In this document: positions 8,295-17,064 of the stretch, one piece after another | How the letters are laid out: every line of letters begins with the position of its first letter | Position numbering within the stretch: position 1 is the stretch's first letter | From: a virus | Lineage: Duplodnaviria > Heunggongvirae > Uroviricota > Caudoviricetes | Length of the DNA stretch: 30,660 bases | Virus record (IMG/VR): IMGVR_UViG_2585427784_000002 | Reading direction: 5' to 3' (one strand) | Translations under genes and position numbers: made by a program | The notes under the pieces: model-generated | Database searches by the model: none | What the model saw: the letters and a program-made list of their open reading frames with translations, nothing else | What the model was told of the DNA's origin: nothing

Positions 8295-10244
8295 TTAATC
8301 GTGTTTTGGCCATACTTTCAATGCAATTTCCCCCAACTTTTTACCCCGCTCCAGGATTTCATCCTCATCCCATTTATCCTTAACTATAAGTGGAATGTTC
8401 AGTCGTAGATTGGTGTGGACGATGAGAGCATCACGTTTTTTCAGAAATACAGCATTCTGAACAGAACGGTTTACGCTAAGGTTAAGCAAAGTTAGATTTC
8501 CCAACGTAGCTATCGCTTGTTGCCGTTTCCTTACCAGTAGCTGTTCAGGGGTAAGATCGGTTCCAGACAGAACAATTTGGTTCAATACCGTAGCATCTGA
8601 ATTTGTCACCATATGACCATTTTCGAGAGGCCAACAGGAATACCAACTTTGAGGCATAAGATGATCGATATCGAGGTTAGAAAGATTTGGAACATCAGGC
8701 TTCTCTGTCTTCACTTGGCGACAAAGTTCTCTTTCAAGTTCCGTTAACATTGAGCGCATTTTCGGTGCGTCGAGCCTGCCAGGATAAAGTGGAGCATTGA
8801 TGCAAGCGTTGAGAAATTCTGAGTCCCCAGGCCAACGTGAGGCTTCGCCATTTAAGCTATTGAGGATATTACGTAACTCAACACTGGAAATTTCCGTTTT
8901 AGACAAGTGCCGCAATACATTCATAAATACATTGTTGTAATTCTTTGGCGTCAGGCCACATACGGCTCTTCGTACTACGTAGGAGACAAGATCATTATAC
9001 ATGGCTGCTTTCTCATCATCGGCGATGTTAGCTATCGAAATGAACAAAGCAAGCGGATAAAGTGTCGTCACATCATAGGCTGCGATGCGATGTCCAAAGT
9101 GTGAGATGGGGGTTGTGCCAAAACCACCAACCAATTCTTTATATTGTGATGCATATTGTTTGAGGCGCTTTACTTGCAGATCTGCTCGTTGTGAAGGCAA
9201 GTCCTTACTTACATAATCACGATACTCATTGTAAAGACGAGACAGATCGATTTCACGTTGCCTTTCTGATTGCAATGTCGCATGCACTAGCCACTCCATG
9301 CGTGGTTTATTAATACGACCACGACGTTGTCTTTCTGACCAGTACGTATCTTCAAAGATCTTCCACTCATTCTCATATAATTCAACAGCATTAATATTTT
9401 CATGTTCAGCGCACATAAAAATATAATTGCGAATAAGATCTGTGGCATGAAGTTCCGCACCTCTGCCATTTAATGTTTCAAAAATTATTTGAGCGTCATC
9501 TTCAGCCTCGAGAAATATGCTTACTAGTTTCAGATCCGTCAAGACAGCCTCAATTAATGCTACAGCATTTTCTCGTGGTGAGTGATTTTCTATTTTAATC
9601 CACTTTATAAAGGCTTCAGTAAAAAAACATAATGCTTCTAGTGATGGCGGGTGATTAAAATGCTTACGCAACGTACCATGCTGCGTGAAACTATCAGAGA
9701 ATACATTCCGGATATCGTCAATATTTTCAACATTAAAACTTTGAATAAAATGAGTTTGATCCCGAAAAGTTGGCCACAGTTTGAAGCGCTCTACTTCTTT
9801 ATTTCGCATTGTGTCTTCGTTTGAGTTTTTCAGGCAAGACGAAATGAGAGGCTCTAAGTTGGAAAGATCTGTCGCACGTAATGCTAATCGGATGGATGCC
9901 AGAACATATTGAAGAGTGGTCAATCGTTGCTGACCATCAATAATATGTATGGAATCTACACCTAATAATCCTTTTTTTGGTTGAGGTTCCAGTACCACTG
10001 CACCAAGGAAATGGGGAGTTGGTTTTGTACCCGAGAGCCGGGATTGTGCTTTCTCTAGGATATCCTCCAGTAGAGCTGACCATTGGTTTCGCTGAGTCCA
10101 TACATAGGCACGTTGATAGAATGGAACGCAGTATTGTCGGCGGTCTTGAAAAAGTTGTTGGACAGTTAGCGTCTCGGATTTCATGGTATACCTGTAAGCG
10201 ACATTGTACAAAAGTGAGGAGTTAATCTGATTTAGAACAATCAT
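8295..10244 (-). CDS. GmrSD-family type IV (modification-dependent) restriction endonuclease, fused DUF262 (ParB-like NTPase) + DUF1524 (His-Me/HNH-like nuclease); probable true start at 10184 (MKSETLTVQQLF...)
   Basis: N-terminal DUF262 signature ...IHIIDGQQRLTTLQY...; C-terminal DUF1524-type motif ...LDIDHLMPQSW...; single 629-649 aa polypeptide as in GmrSD/BrxU-like enzymes. Confidence 0.8.
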   Translation of the reverse strand: MIVLNQINSSLLYNVAYRYTMKSETLTVQQLFQDRRQYCVPFYQRAYVWTQRNQWSALLEDILEKAQSRLSGTKPTPHFLGAVVLEPQPKKGLLGVDSIHIIDGQQRLTTLQYVLASIRLALRATDLSNLEPLISSCLKNSNEDTMRNKEVERFKLWPTFRDQTHFIQSFNVENIDDIRNVFSDSFTQHGTLRKHFNHPPSLEALCFFTEAFIKWIKIENHSPRENAVALIEAVLTDLKLVSIFLEAEDDAQIIFETLNGRGAELHATDLIRNYIFMCAEHENINAVELYENEWKIFEDTYWSERQRRGRINKPRMEWLVHATLQSERQREIDLSRLYNEYRDYVSKDLPSQRADLQVKRLKQYASQYKELVGGFGTTPISHFGHRIAAYDVTTLYPLALFISIANIADDEKAAMYNDLVSYVVRRAVCGLTPKNYNNVFMNVLRHLSKTEISSVELRNILNSLNGEASRWPGDSEFLNACINAPLYPGRLDAPKMRSMLTELERELCRQVKTEKPDVPNLSNLDIDHLMPQSWYSCWPLENGHMVTNSDATVLNQIVLSGTDLTPEQLLVRKRQQAIATLGNLTLLNLSVNRSVQNAVFLKKRDALIVHTNLRLNIPLIVKDKWDEDEILERGKKLGEIALKVWPKHD

Positions 10245-10989
10245 TTTATGTTGCTATGATACAACGTATTTGTTACCGGTTAAGTAAAAAACGCGTCTGA
10301 ACGCTGACGTTTTAGGGCTTTACTAGTTATTCTTTCTTATCTCTTCATCATCCCATCGGCATCCTGTCGAGGTTGTTGACTTGTTGTTATTTATTTTGTT
10401 TAGGCGCTGTTTAATTATTATTGATGGGACTGGTGGTGAGAGGTGATTGAAACCGCAGACAGGTCGTATGCAAGACGTGCTGCGGTTGGCTGGTAAATGT
10501 TAGATAGTGCGAGTATTGAATGATTTCTAGCCGTTATTGATTTTACGTATTTTTGTATGAGAGGATTTGCATCTCCTGCCACCGACCCTCCATGACTTTA
10601 CGCCACTGTCTCTAGGGCTGCTATGTGCCAGGAGCAGCCATTGCTAAGTCCATCCTGTATTGTGCAGGTCAGCTCGTTTTTAAAGAGTCCGGCCACCATC
10701 TTACTGGTACAGACACCATATACTTTGTGACGGTCAGGCTACATATGCACAACTCAACTTATTCATCTATTTTTTGCTTTAGCATGTCAGTGTTGCTTTC
10801 TCGTCGGCGGGTGAGCGGTGACCTGACCTGTCGATAAAGGAACGTAGCACGTTTTATGCAACACCCGCATGCGGCAGAAAATTATTGCCGAACGTTTACC
10901 CCTGTCAACAAGCTTTACTTTCTGAGGCGCGCCAGCCCGCGAGGAAAACAATCTGAACATCAAACAATTAATGACACAAGAAATACGAT

Positions 10990-11016
10990 TAAAGATTTTT
11001 TTGTGCATGCCGATAG
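10990..11016 (+). promoter_or_regulatory. Near-consensus sigma-28 (FliA) promoter: TAAAGATT-N11-GCCGATAG
   Basis: Matches the FliA consensus TAAAGTTT-N11-GCCGATAA at 7 of 8 positions in each element with correct 11-nt spacer, about 25 bp upstream of the flxA-like start; AAGGAG Shine-Dalgarno at about 11028-11033. Confidence 0.6.
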
Positions 11017-11039
11017 TGCTTTTTTAAAAGGAGAAATCT

Positions 11040-11372
11040 ATGTCTGTCACAATTCAGGGAAATACCTCAACCGTTATTTCAAACAACTCCGCCCCGGAAG
11101 GAACATCAGAAATAGCCAAAATCACAAGACAAATTCAGGTGCTGACTGAAAAGCTTGGGAAAATCTCATCGGAAGAGGGGATGACGACACAGCAGAAAAA
11201 AGAAATGGCTGCATTGGTACAGAAGCAAATTGAAAGCCTCAGGGCTCAACTGGAGCAGTTGTTAAGGCAGCAGGCAGAGAAAAAGAATGAAGACGCGACA
11301 GTTCAGCCTGATAAAAAAGAAGAGAAAAAAGACGATACAAATACCGCTGGCACCATTGATATTTACGTCTAA
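11040..11372 (+). CDS. flxA: FlxA-like family protein (110 aa, coiled-coil, Q/E/K-rich)
   Basis: 110-aa product with strong RBS, sigma-28 promoter upstream and intrinsic terminator downstream; composition and length match the FliA-regulated FlxA family found in lambdoid prophages. Confidence 0.6.
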   Translation: MSVTIQGNTSTVISNNSAPEGTSEIAKITRQIQVLTEKLGKISSEEGMTTQQKKEMAALVQKQIESLRAQLEQLLRQQAEKKNEDATVQPDKKEEKKDDTNTAGTIDIYV

Positions 11373-11386
11373 GTGACAGCCGTATT

Positions 11387-11409
11387 GTGGCCCTCATCGG
11401 GCCACTTTT
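11387..11409 (+). terminator. Rho-independent terminator (GTGGCCC-tcatc-GGGCCAC followed by TTTT)
   Basis: Perfect 7-bp GC-rich stem, 5-nt loop, T-run, 15 bp after the flxA-like stop. Confidence 0.8.
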
Positions 11410-11645
11410 CGCCATCAGTCTTTTCTTTAAAGACATATTATCTTTGTATCATTTCTGATAGTTAACATTACAAGATATAAGTAATGGACGCACTCCCAAT
11501 TAGTCTATTTAAATCGCCACGAGTTTAACTGACAACCCATGATCAATTATGAATTGCAACTATTTCTGTAGTCACTTTTGTGGGGACAGTCCACAAAACT
11601 GCCAACTTCCGCTTCTTGCTCATAGCGGACCTTACAACCACCTGA

Positions 11646-11891
11646 TTGGTCCGCTCCGTGTCAGGAGCGGATAATGCCTGCGTGGAAAGCTTCTTTCATT
11701 CGCTGAAAGTGGAATGTATCCATGGAGAACACTTTATCAGCCGGGAAATAATGCGGGCAACGGTGTTTAATTATATCGAATGTGATTACAATCGGTGGCG
11801 GCGGCACAGTTGGTGTGGCGGCCTCAGTCCGGAACAATTTGAAAACCAGAACCTCGCTTAGGCCTGTGTCCATATTACGTGGGTAGGATCA
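11646..11891 (+). mobile_element. IS3 remnant: last about 70 codons of the OrfB transposase plus right terminal inverted repeat (ends ...TGTGTCCATATTACGTGGGTAGGATCA at 11891)
   Basis: Translation ...[63 protein letters not shown] is the IS3 transposase C-terminus; the sequence after the stop matches the IS3 right end. No upstream IS3 sequence, so a truncated copy. Confidence 0.8.
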
Positions 11892-12159
11892 CACAGGCAA
11901 CATAGCCATCGTGATCAATCAACATACCATTAGTAAACCAGCCTAAATGATTCCCATTGAATCCATAAACATCAAACTCATTGTTCTGGTTATGTTTAAG
12001 GTAGGCGCTTGGTTCACCCTCCCAACTATATAAAGTCAACTCGTCATCAAGTGAAATATAAACGACGGCGTTGCCTTGATTATCATATAGATCTAGGTCA
12101 TTACTCGCAGTAACACAAGCTGAGAAAAGAAACATAACTAGCACGAGTGATTTTTTCAT
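11875..12159 (-). CDS. Small secreted protein, probable lipoprotein (signal peptide with FSAC lipobox-like motif), 94 aa; its stop lies inside the IS3 terminal repeat, so possibly C-terminally truncated
   Basis: N-terminus MKKSLVLVMFLFSAC is a classic signal peptide/lipobox; ORF ends within the IS3 right end. Confidence 0.5.
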   Translation of the reverse strand: MKKSLVLVMFLFSACVTASNDLDLYDNQGNAVVYISLDDELTLYSWEGEPSAYLKHNQNNEFDVYGFNGNHLGWFTNGMLIDHDGYVACVILPT

Positions 12160-12495
12160 AACTTCTCAAGTTTCTTAGAAAGGAAAAGTTCGAACATTCT
12201 ATCAAAATTATGAGGACACTAACTTCCGATTTTCGCTCATAACAGACATTCACTACAGTTATGGTAGAAGGTATGCATGCTGGGTGGGGAAAGTATGAAG
12301 GAAAAGAAGACTGCTGCGCCGTTTGTCGTCACGTTTATCTTCATTGGCTATGCAAGTCGTAATACAAGGTGGGACAAAACTGAGACACATAAGGCCTCGC
12401 AATGGCTTGCAAGGCTTTACATGTTTTGATGTGGTGGGACGTGTGAGCGCAGTGTTGATGGGGTAATGCTTTGAATTAGAAGCGGATTCTTATAA

Positions 12496-12540
12496 TTCGT
12501 AATGCGAAGGTCGTAGGTTCGACTCCTATTATCGGCACCA
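12496..12540 (+). tRNA. 3' portion (anticodon loop to CCA end, about 45 nt) of a tRNA-Thr(CGU) (thrW/ptwF-like); not a complete tRNA; functions as attL
   Basis: TTCGTAATGCGAAGGTCGTAGGTTCGACTCCTATTATCGGCACCA matches the 3' half of E. coli tRNA-Thr including T-arm GGTTCGACTCC and CCA end; upstream sequence does not encode the D-arm or acceptor 5' strand. Confidence 0.8.
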
Positions 12541-12542
12541 TT
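12524..12542 (+). repeat. attL core, TCCTATTATCGGCACCATT, direct repeat of attR at 30108-30125
   Basis: Same 19-bp sequence (one G missing at attR) occurs at 30108-30125, bracketing the integrase-to-iteron element. Confidence 0.75.
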
Positions 12543-12653
12543 CAAACATCTCCCCAAGTCTACTAAAGTCTTTCAAAACCCCTTATAATCCACGTATTAA
12601 AGCCCCGTTCGTCTTTTGACGTCTACTAAAGTCCCTCAAAATCTACGGTCAGA

Positions 12654-12704
12654 TGGGGGTACTTATGGGGGTATTTGCTGTTCGGTTTAGTGGAGGTACC
12701 CCCA
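12654..12704 (+). promoter_or_regulatory. Cluster of GGGGGTA(C/T) motifs (two direct, one inverted) just upstream of int; candidate integrase arm-type binding sites
   Basis: GGGGGTACTTATGGGGGTAT at 12654-12673 and GGTACCCCC at about 12693-12701; a near-identical GGGGGTACTTTTGGGGGTAT occurs at 30026-30045 near attR. Confidence 0.5.
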
Positions 12705-12705
12705 A

Positions 12706-13920
12706 GTGAAACTCAATGCCCGTCAAATAGACACAGCCAAGCCAAAAGAGAAGGCTTACAAGCTGGCCGATGGTGGCGGTTTGTATCTCTTGGTAAAACC
12801 TAATGGAGGTAAATACTGGCGACTTAAATATCGTGTAGCTGGTAAAGAGAAGCTATTGGCACTAGGTGTGTATCCTGAGGTTACTCTAGCCGATGCTCGG
12901 GCAAAACGTGAAGATGCGAAAAGAGGTATCGCTGGTGGTATCGATCCGATGGAAGCGAAACGAGAGGAAAAGATTGCCCGGGAAACGCAGTTAAACAACA
13001 CCTTCAAAGATATTGCCCTTGAGTGGCACAGCAGCAAATTAAAAAAATGGTCTGCTGGTTATGCTTCAGACATCCTCGAAGCCTTCAACAAAGATGTGTT
13101 CCCTTACATTGGCAAAAAACCAATCGCCGAAATCAAACCACTTGAACTTCTGAATGTGCTGCGGCGCATCGAGGGGCGCGGTGCGACAGAAAAAGCCAAA
13201 AAAGTGAGGCAGCGGTGCGGGGAAGTTTTCCGCTATGCAATAGTCACTGGTCGCGCAGAGTATAACCCTGCACCAGACCTTACTAGCGCGATGCAAGGCC
13301 ATGAATCTAATCATTACCCTTTCCTTACGACCAAAGAATTACCTGATTTTTTCAAGGCATTGTCCAGTTACTCAGGAAGCGCATTGGTTGTTATGGCGGC
13401 TCGTCTACTGATTATCACCGGCTTGCGAACTGGCGAACTACGTGGCGCATTATGGGATGAAATTGATTTCAACAAGGCTATATGGGAGATACCCGCTTCA
13501 CGTATGAAAATGCGGCGGCCTCATATTGTGCCATTGTCTGAGCAGGCTCTTTCGCTTATTGGGAAGATTAGAGAAATAACAGGCAATTACCCTCTTATGT
13601 TTCCCGGGCGCAATGATCCAAGGAAAACAATGAGTGAGGCCAGCATAAACCAAGTGTTTAAGCGCATTGGCTACGCTGGACGTGTAACTGGTCATGGGTT
13701 CCGACACACTATGAGCACGATTTTGCATGAGCAGGGCTATAACACCGCGTGGATAGAAACGCAGCTCGCTCACGTTGATAAGAACTCAATTCGTGGCACA
13801 TACAACCATGCGCAATATCTGGATGGACGGCGGGAGATGCTTCAATGGTATGCCGACTATATGGATTCTCTCGAGCATGGCGGAAATGTGGTGCATATGG
13901 TGTTTGAAAAACACGCATGA
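12706..13920 (+). CDS. P4-type tyrosine integrase (404 aa), tRNA-adjacent
   Basis: N-terminal DUF4102-like region (MKLNARQIDTAKPKEKAYKLADGGGLYLLVKPNGGKYWRLKYR), box I Arg (IITGLRTGELRGALWDEID), HGFRHT box II, C-terminal Tyr region; immediately downstream of the tRNA 3' fragment. Confidence 0.92.
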   Translation: MKLNARQIDTAKPKEKAYKLADGGGLYLLVKPNGGKYWRLKYRVAGKEKLLALGVYPEVTLADARAKREDAKRGIAGGIDPMEAKREEKIARETQLNNTFKDIALEWHSSKLKKWSAGYASDILEAFNKDVFPYIGKKPIAEIKPLELLNVLRRIEGRGATEKAKKVRQRCGEVFRYAIVTGRAEYNPAPDLTSAMQGHESNHYPFLTTKELPDFFKALSSYSGSALVVMAARLLIITGLRTGELRGALWDEIDFNKAIWEIPASRMKMRRPHIVPLSEQALSLIGKIREITGNYPLMFPGRNDPRKTMSEASINQVFKRIGYAGRVTGHGFRHTMSTILHEQGYNTAWIETQLAHVDKNSIRGTYNHAQYLDGRREMLQWYADYMDSLEHGGNVVHMVFEKHA

Positions 13921-14347
13921 AACAACTGGACAAGTATACAGAGGTTTACTAAAGTATAGGGGAGTAGATTGATAAAAACTCACAGAGGATTGCTATTTAA
14001 CAGTTAGCCCTGGAGAAGGGCAATCGCTCTTTTATAAACGAAGGTGTATTGAGCCTTCTACGCTGCTGAAAAGCGGAATGTTCTTTAACAGGCTTTGGCG
14101 CTGACAAAGCGCAATTGTTCTTTAACACTACTGGATGTCACGCCTAATAGCGTGATCCTGCCGAAATGCAGGGTAGCTCTACCCTTGTGGAGCAAACAAA
14201 CCAAAACAATCTGACTATCTTTTATAAAAGACCGCAATATGTTTTTCATATTGTGGTCTTTGGCGTATTCGACATTTGACGCAAATAAAACTCTCGCCAT
14301 TCGTTGCAGGAGGGGGTTATTGCGTCATTAGTACAGGATATTAATAA

Positions 14348-14551
14348 ATGGCTAATTACAATTCATTAATTCGTCTCTCTGAAGTTCAAAGGCGAACTGG
14401 TTATAGCAAAGCATGGATTTATCGTCTTATTAGTCAGGGGAGGTTCCCTAAACAGGTAAAAATTGGAAGTCGGGCAATTGCTTTTGTTGAGTCTGAAATA
14501 GATGAATGGATTGAGAAGTGTATATTAGAATCTAGAGACGAGGTGGCCTGA
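14348..14551 (+). CDS. AlpA-family phage transcriptional regulator / excisionase-like (67 aa)
   Basis: MANYNSLIRLSEVQRRTGYSKAWIYRLISQGRFPKQVKIGSRAIAFVESEIDEWI is the AlpA/P4 Vis-type HTH pattern; ATGA overlap with the next gene. Confidence 0.85.
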   Translation: MANYNSLIRLSEVQRRTGYSKAWIYRLISQGRFPKQVKIGSRAIAFVESEIDEWIEKCILESRDEVA

Positions 14552-14982
14552 TGGAAAAGAAAAACCGCCCATTACAGGCGGCTAATTCAGATATTCGCGT
14601 ATCTGACATTACGCCCCTTACAAAATCCCTTCAAGCACCAAAGCGCACACCGAAAAAGCATCGTGCCCGAGTCTATATGCTGCGTACTGGTATAGAGGGA
14701 TGGACAGAAAATGACATTCTTCGCTACTGCCGTCTGTCTTCTGGTCGTAACTATGCAACAGAGTTAGAACGCCAGCTTGGAATCACTCTGGAGCGTATCG
14801 ACGAAAAGAATCCTGATGGTATCGGAACACACCTTCGCTACCGTTTCTCCTGCCGTGGTGATGTTCTGAAAGTGATCACTCATGTTAACTATCTTGCGAG
14901 CATAAATGATCACAACGGACTTTCTCAGCAGGAAATTACCGACATTCTGAAACTCTACCCGGACGCGTTTAACGCCGCCTAA
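14551..14982 (+). CDS. Hypothetical protein (143 aa)
   Basis: ORF translationally coupled to alpA-like gene; no family recognised. Confidence 0.55.
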   Translation: MEKKNRPLQAANSDIRVSDITPLTKSLQAPKRTPKKHRARVYMLRTGIEGWTENDILRYCRLSSGRNYATELERQLGITLERIDEKNPDGIGTHLRYRFSCRGDVLKVITHVNYLASINDHNGLSQQEITDILKLYPDAFNAA

Positions 14983-14994
14983 CGGAGACTGAAA

Positions 14995-15828
14995 ATGAAC
15001 ATCGAAAAAAGCAGATTAATTTCTGAGGCCGCCCCTCATCTGAACGCCTCTCTGGGCACAATTAACGGTAATGAATTTGCCGCAATTGTCCCGGTTATTC
15101 CTGGTCACATCGGTGGGCGTGAAACCAATATTGTTAGCGCAAAAGCGTTACACAAAGCGTTGGGCGTGGGAAAAGACTTCTCTACATGGATCACTGATCG
15201 CATCTCTGAATATGACTTCACCATTGGGCACGATTACTCAGTCCATAAAACAATTTCCCCAAATTTGGGGAAAAGCCCGAATGGCGCGGCTTACAGCAAG
15301 ATTAAGCAGTCTGGCAGACCCGGCAAAGACTATCTGTTAAGTGTCGGAATGGCGAAAGAACTGGCAATGATCGAACGCAATGATCAGGGTCGCGCTATCC
15401 GTCGTTATTTCATCCAGTGCGAGGAAGAATTACAGCGTAGCGTGCCTGAAATCGCCGCCCGCTATCGTCGCCAGCTAAAAGCCCGTATCAGTGCCGCAAA
15501 CAACTTTAAGCCAATGTGCGATGCGCTGAATATGGCCCGTGCCGAGCAGGGGAAAACGACGCAGCAACACCACTACACAAATGAGAGCAATATGATTTCT
15601 CGTATCGTTCTTGGAGGGCTAACTGCTAAGCAGTGGGCGCGGATAAATGGCTATTCTGGCGAACCTCGCGACCATATGAACGCAGAACAGCTTGAGCACC
15701 TCTCATATCTCGAAAGCACCAATATCACGTTAATTGATATGGGCATGGAATATGAGCAGCGCAAAGGAGAACTCACCCGCCTGTCGCAACGCTGGCTCGC
15801 CAAGCGTCTGGAGGCGGTCCATGTTTAA
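14995..15828 (+). CDS. Phage antirepressor/regulatory protein, Rha/AntA/Bro-N-like N-terminal domain (277 aa)
   Basis: N-terminal segment ...NIVSAKALHKALGVGKDFSTWITDRISEYDFTIGHDYSV... matches the phage regulatory (Rha/antirepressor) domain pattern. Confidence 0.6.
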   Translation: MNIEKSRLISEAAPHLNASLGTINGNEFAAIVPVIPGHIGGRETNIVSAKALHKALGVGKDFSTWITDRISEYDFTIGHDYSVHKTISPNLGKSPNGAAYSKIKQSGRPGKDYLLSVGMAKELAMIERNDQGRAIRRYFIQCEEELQRSVPEIAARYRRQLKARISAANNFKPMCDALNMARAEQGKTTQQHHYTNESNMISRIVLGGLTAKQWARINGYSGEPRDHMNAEQLEHLSYLESTNITLIDMGMEYEQRKGELTRLSQRWLAKRLEAVHV

Positions 15829-16003
15829 GCCGACAGGAACACCACAACCTCAAAAACGCTACAAAGATGCCCACGGAGCACTCGTTACTGTCGAAAGCGT
15901 GTCTCACAACCGAGTGACGTTTTATCGCGACGGGTATCAATCGCCATGCGTACAACCGCTGGCGCGCTTCATGAAGGAGTTCGCGGAGGTTAACAAATGC
16001 TAA
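15821..16003 (+). CDS. Small phage protein, DUF4222-like (60 aa)
   Basis: GGAGG RBS 6 nt upstream of ATG at 15821; start overlaps the previous stop (translational coupling). Family assignment tentative. Confidence 0.55.
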   Translation: MFKPTGTPQPQKRYKDAHGALVTVESVSHNRVTFYRDGYQSPCVQPLARFMKEFAEVNKC

Positions 16004-17064
16004 CCGTCCAGAAGAAGATATTTTCACTGGCTGGTATGTCGCCAAAATCCAGCAATATGACAGCAAAGTCTGGCATTAATACAGCAGATACAAGCAAAGT
16101 TTATCATTTTCTGGTGGTAGGAGCGGATGCCTTAACTATGTCAGAAATTACGGTCGATGGTGTTAGCGTTGAGAAGGTCGGCGGCTGCGCCAGAGAATTT
16201 CTGGTCGTAGATGGCTTTCTCTGCTCGCGTAGTGACTCCACAAAAACCTTCGTCCACACGCGCGACGTTAACGAAATGAGCGCGATGTATTGTGCATCTG
16301 GTGCTTCCAATAGTGAGTTTTCGGAGTCCATAAAAAAGAGCTTGCCGTTATGCGGCAACACGGTTTATGGTTATAAGGCACCTCATAAAACGGGTGCCGG
16401 GATTGGCGTCCTGGTAAATCGAATGGCGACATATGACGCGCCGAGCGTCTTTTTTTATGTCGTAGGTCTGACTCACCAATTTTTTGGGCGTTGGTGTATA
16501 ATCCAGCGCCTTTGTCAATCAATGGTGGCTCAGGCAGGGGCTTCTTCGGAAGCGCCGGTATCCATTCGAGCCGGTTACGCCAACCCTGTCTGGGCTACCA
16601 CCAGCGAAATTGGCGTTTCCGGTGGTAGCGTTACATGCTATCGAATGGAGGCTGCCACATGCTGGCTACTACCCCTACCCAAAAACCGCAATTTATCTGG
16701 ATTATCGCCGCAGTTCGCCGCGATTGCCCGACAATTACCGCCAAAATTCATCATATTGCTGCCGAGTCTGAACGCGATGCTCGCCGTTCTCTGGTGCGCG
16801 ATCACGTCTGCTTTTTTGCTGGTCGTATCCGCATGGAGGTGGCACATGATTAAAACCTACGATGTGCATATGGATCCCCTCGAACGCACAAGCCAGATCA
16901 TCACACTGACAGAAGTGATTAACGACATTCTGGTGAGCAACTCTCCCTCACGAGACGAAAGACTGAAGGCGTTACTCGCGATATTGGATCTCGCCGTTCG
17001 TGACGTTCATTTCCTGCTGGAAGGTGGCGAAATGCCAGGAAAAACGGGGGCAACCAATGAATAA
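15997..17064 (+). CDS. Hypothetical protein; the frame is open for 355 codons but the 3' extent is uncertain because two shorter RBS-preceded genes are nested in or appended to it
   Basis: GGAGG RBS 8 nt upstream of ATG at 15997 and overlap with previous stop support the start; no stop until 17064. Confidence 0.4.
   Translation: MLTVQKKIFSLAGMSPKSSNMTAKSGINTADTSKVYHFLVVGADALTMSEITVDGVSVEKVGGCAREFLVVDGFLCSRSDSTKTFVHTRDVNEMSAMYCASGASNSEFSESIKKSLPLCGNTVYGYKAPHKTGAGIGVLVNRMATYDAPSVFFYVVGLTHQFFGRWCIIQRLCQSMVAQAGASSEAPVSIRAGYANPVWATTSEIGVSGGSVTCYRMEAATCWLLPLPKNRNLSGLSPQFAAIARQLPPKFIILLPSLNAMLAVLWCAITSAFLLVVSAWRWHMIKTYDVHMDPLERTSQIITLTEVINDILVSNSPSRDERLKALLAILDLAVRDVHFLLEGGEMPGKTGATNE
16659..16853 (+). 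CDS. Host cell-division inhibitor Icd-like protein (64 aa)
   Basis: [64 protein letters not shown] resembles the Icd-like small proteins of P4-type elements (conserved FFAGRI region); GGAGG RBS 7 nt upstream; lies in a different frame inside the 355-codon ORF. Confidence 0.55.
   Translation: MLATTPTQKPQFIWIIAAVRRDCPTITAKIHHIAAESERDARRSLVRDHVCFFAGRIRMEVAHD
16846..17064 (+). CDS. Hypothetical small protein (72 aa)
   Basis: GGAGGTGG RBS upstream of ATG at 16846; ATGATTAA overlap with the Icd-like stop; same frame as the tail of the 355-codon ORF. Confidence 0.5.
   Translation: MIKTYDVHMDPLERTSQIITLTEVINDILVSNSPSRDERLKALLAILDLAVRDVHFLLEGGEMPGKTGATNE

Noticed and set aside
10787-11149. ORFs of 73 and 97 aa overlapping the flxA promoter region
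   Set aside because: They overlap the sigma-28 promoter and the flxA start in other frames/strands and have basic low-complexity translations; likely noncoding.
12440-12540. Possible complete tRNA-Thr gene
   Set aside because: Only the anticodon loop to CCA end matches tRNA-Thr; the upstream 30 nt do not encode the acceptor 5' strand or D-arm, so this is a partial copy (att site), not a functional tRNA.
13498-13983. Minus-strand ORFs of 65-91 aa inside the integrase gene
   Set aside because: Antisense frames within a clearly coding integrase gene; chance ORFs.
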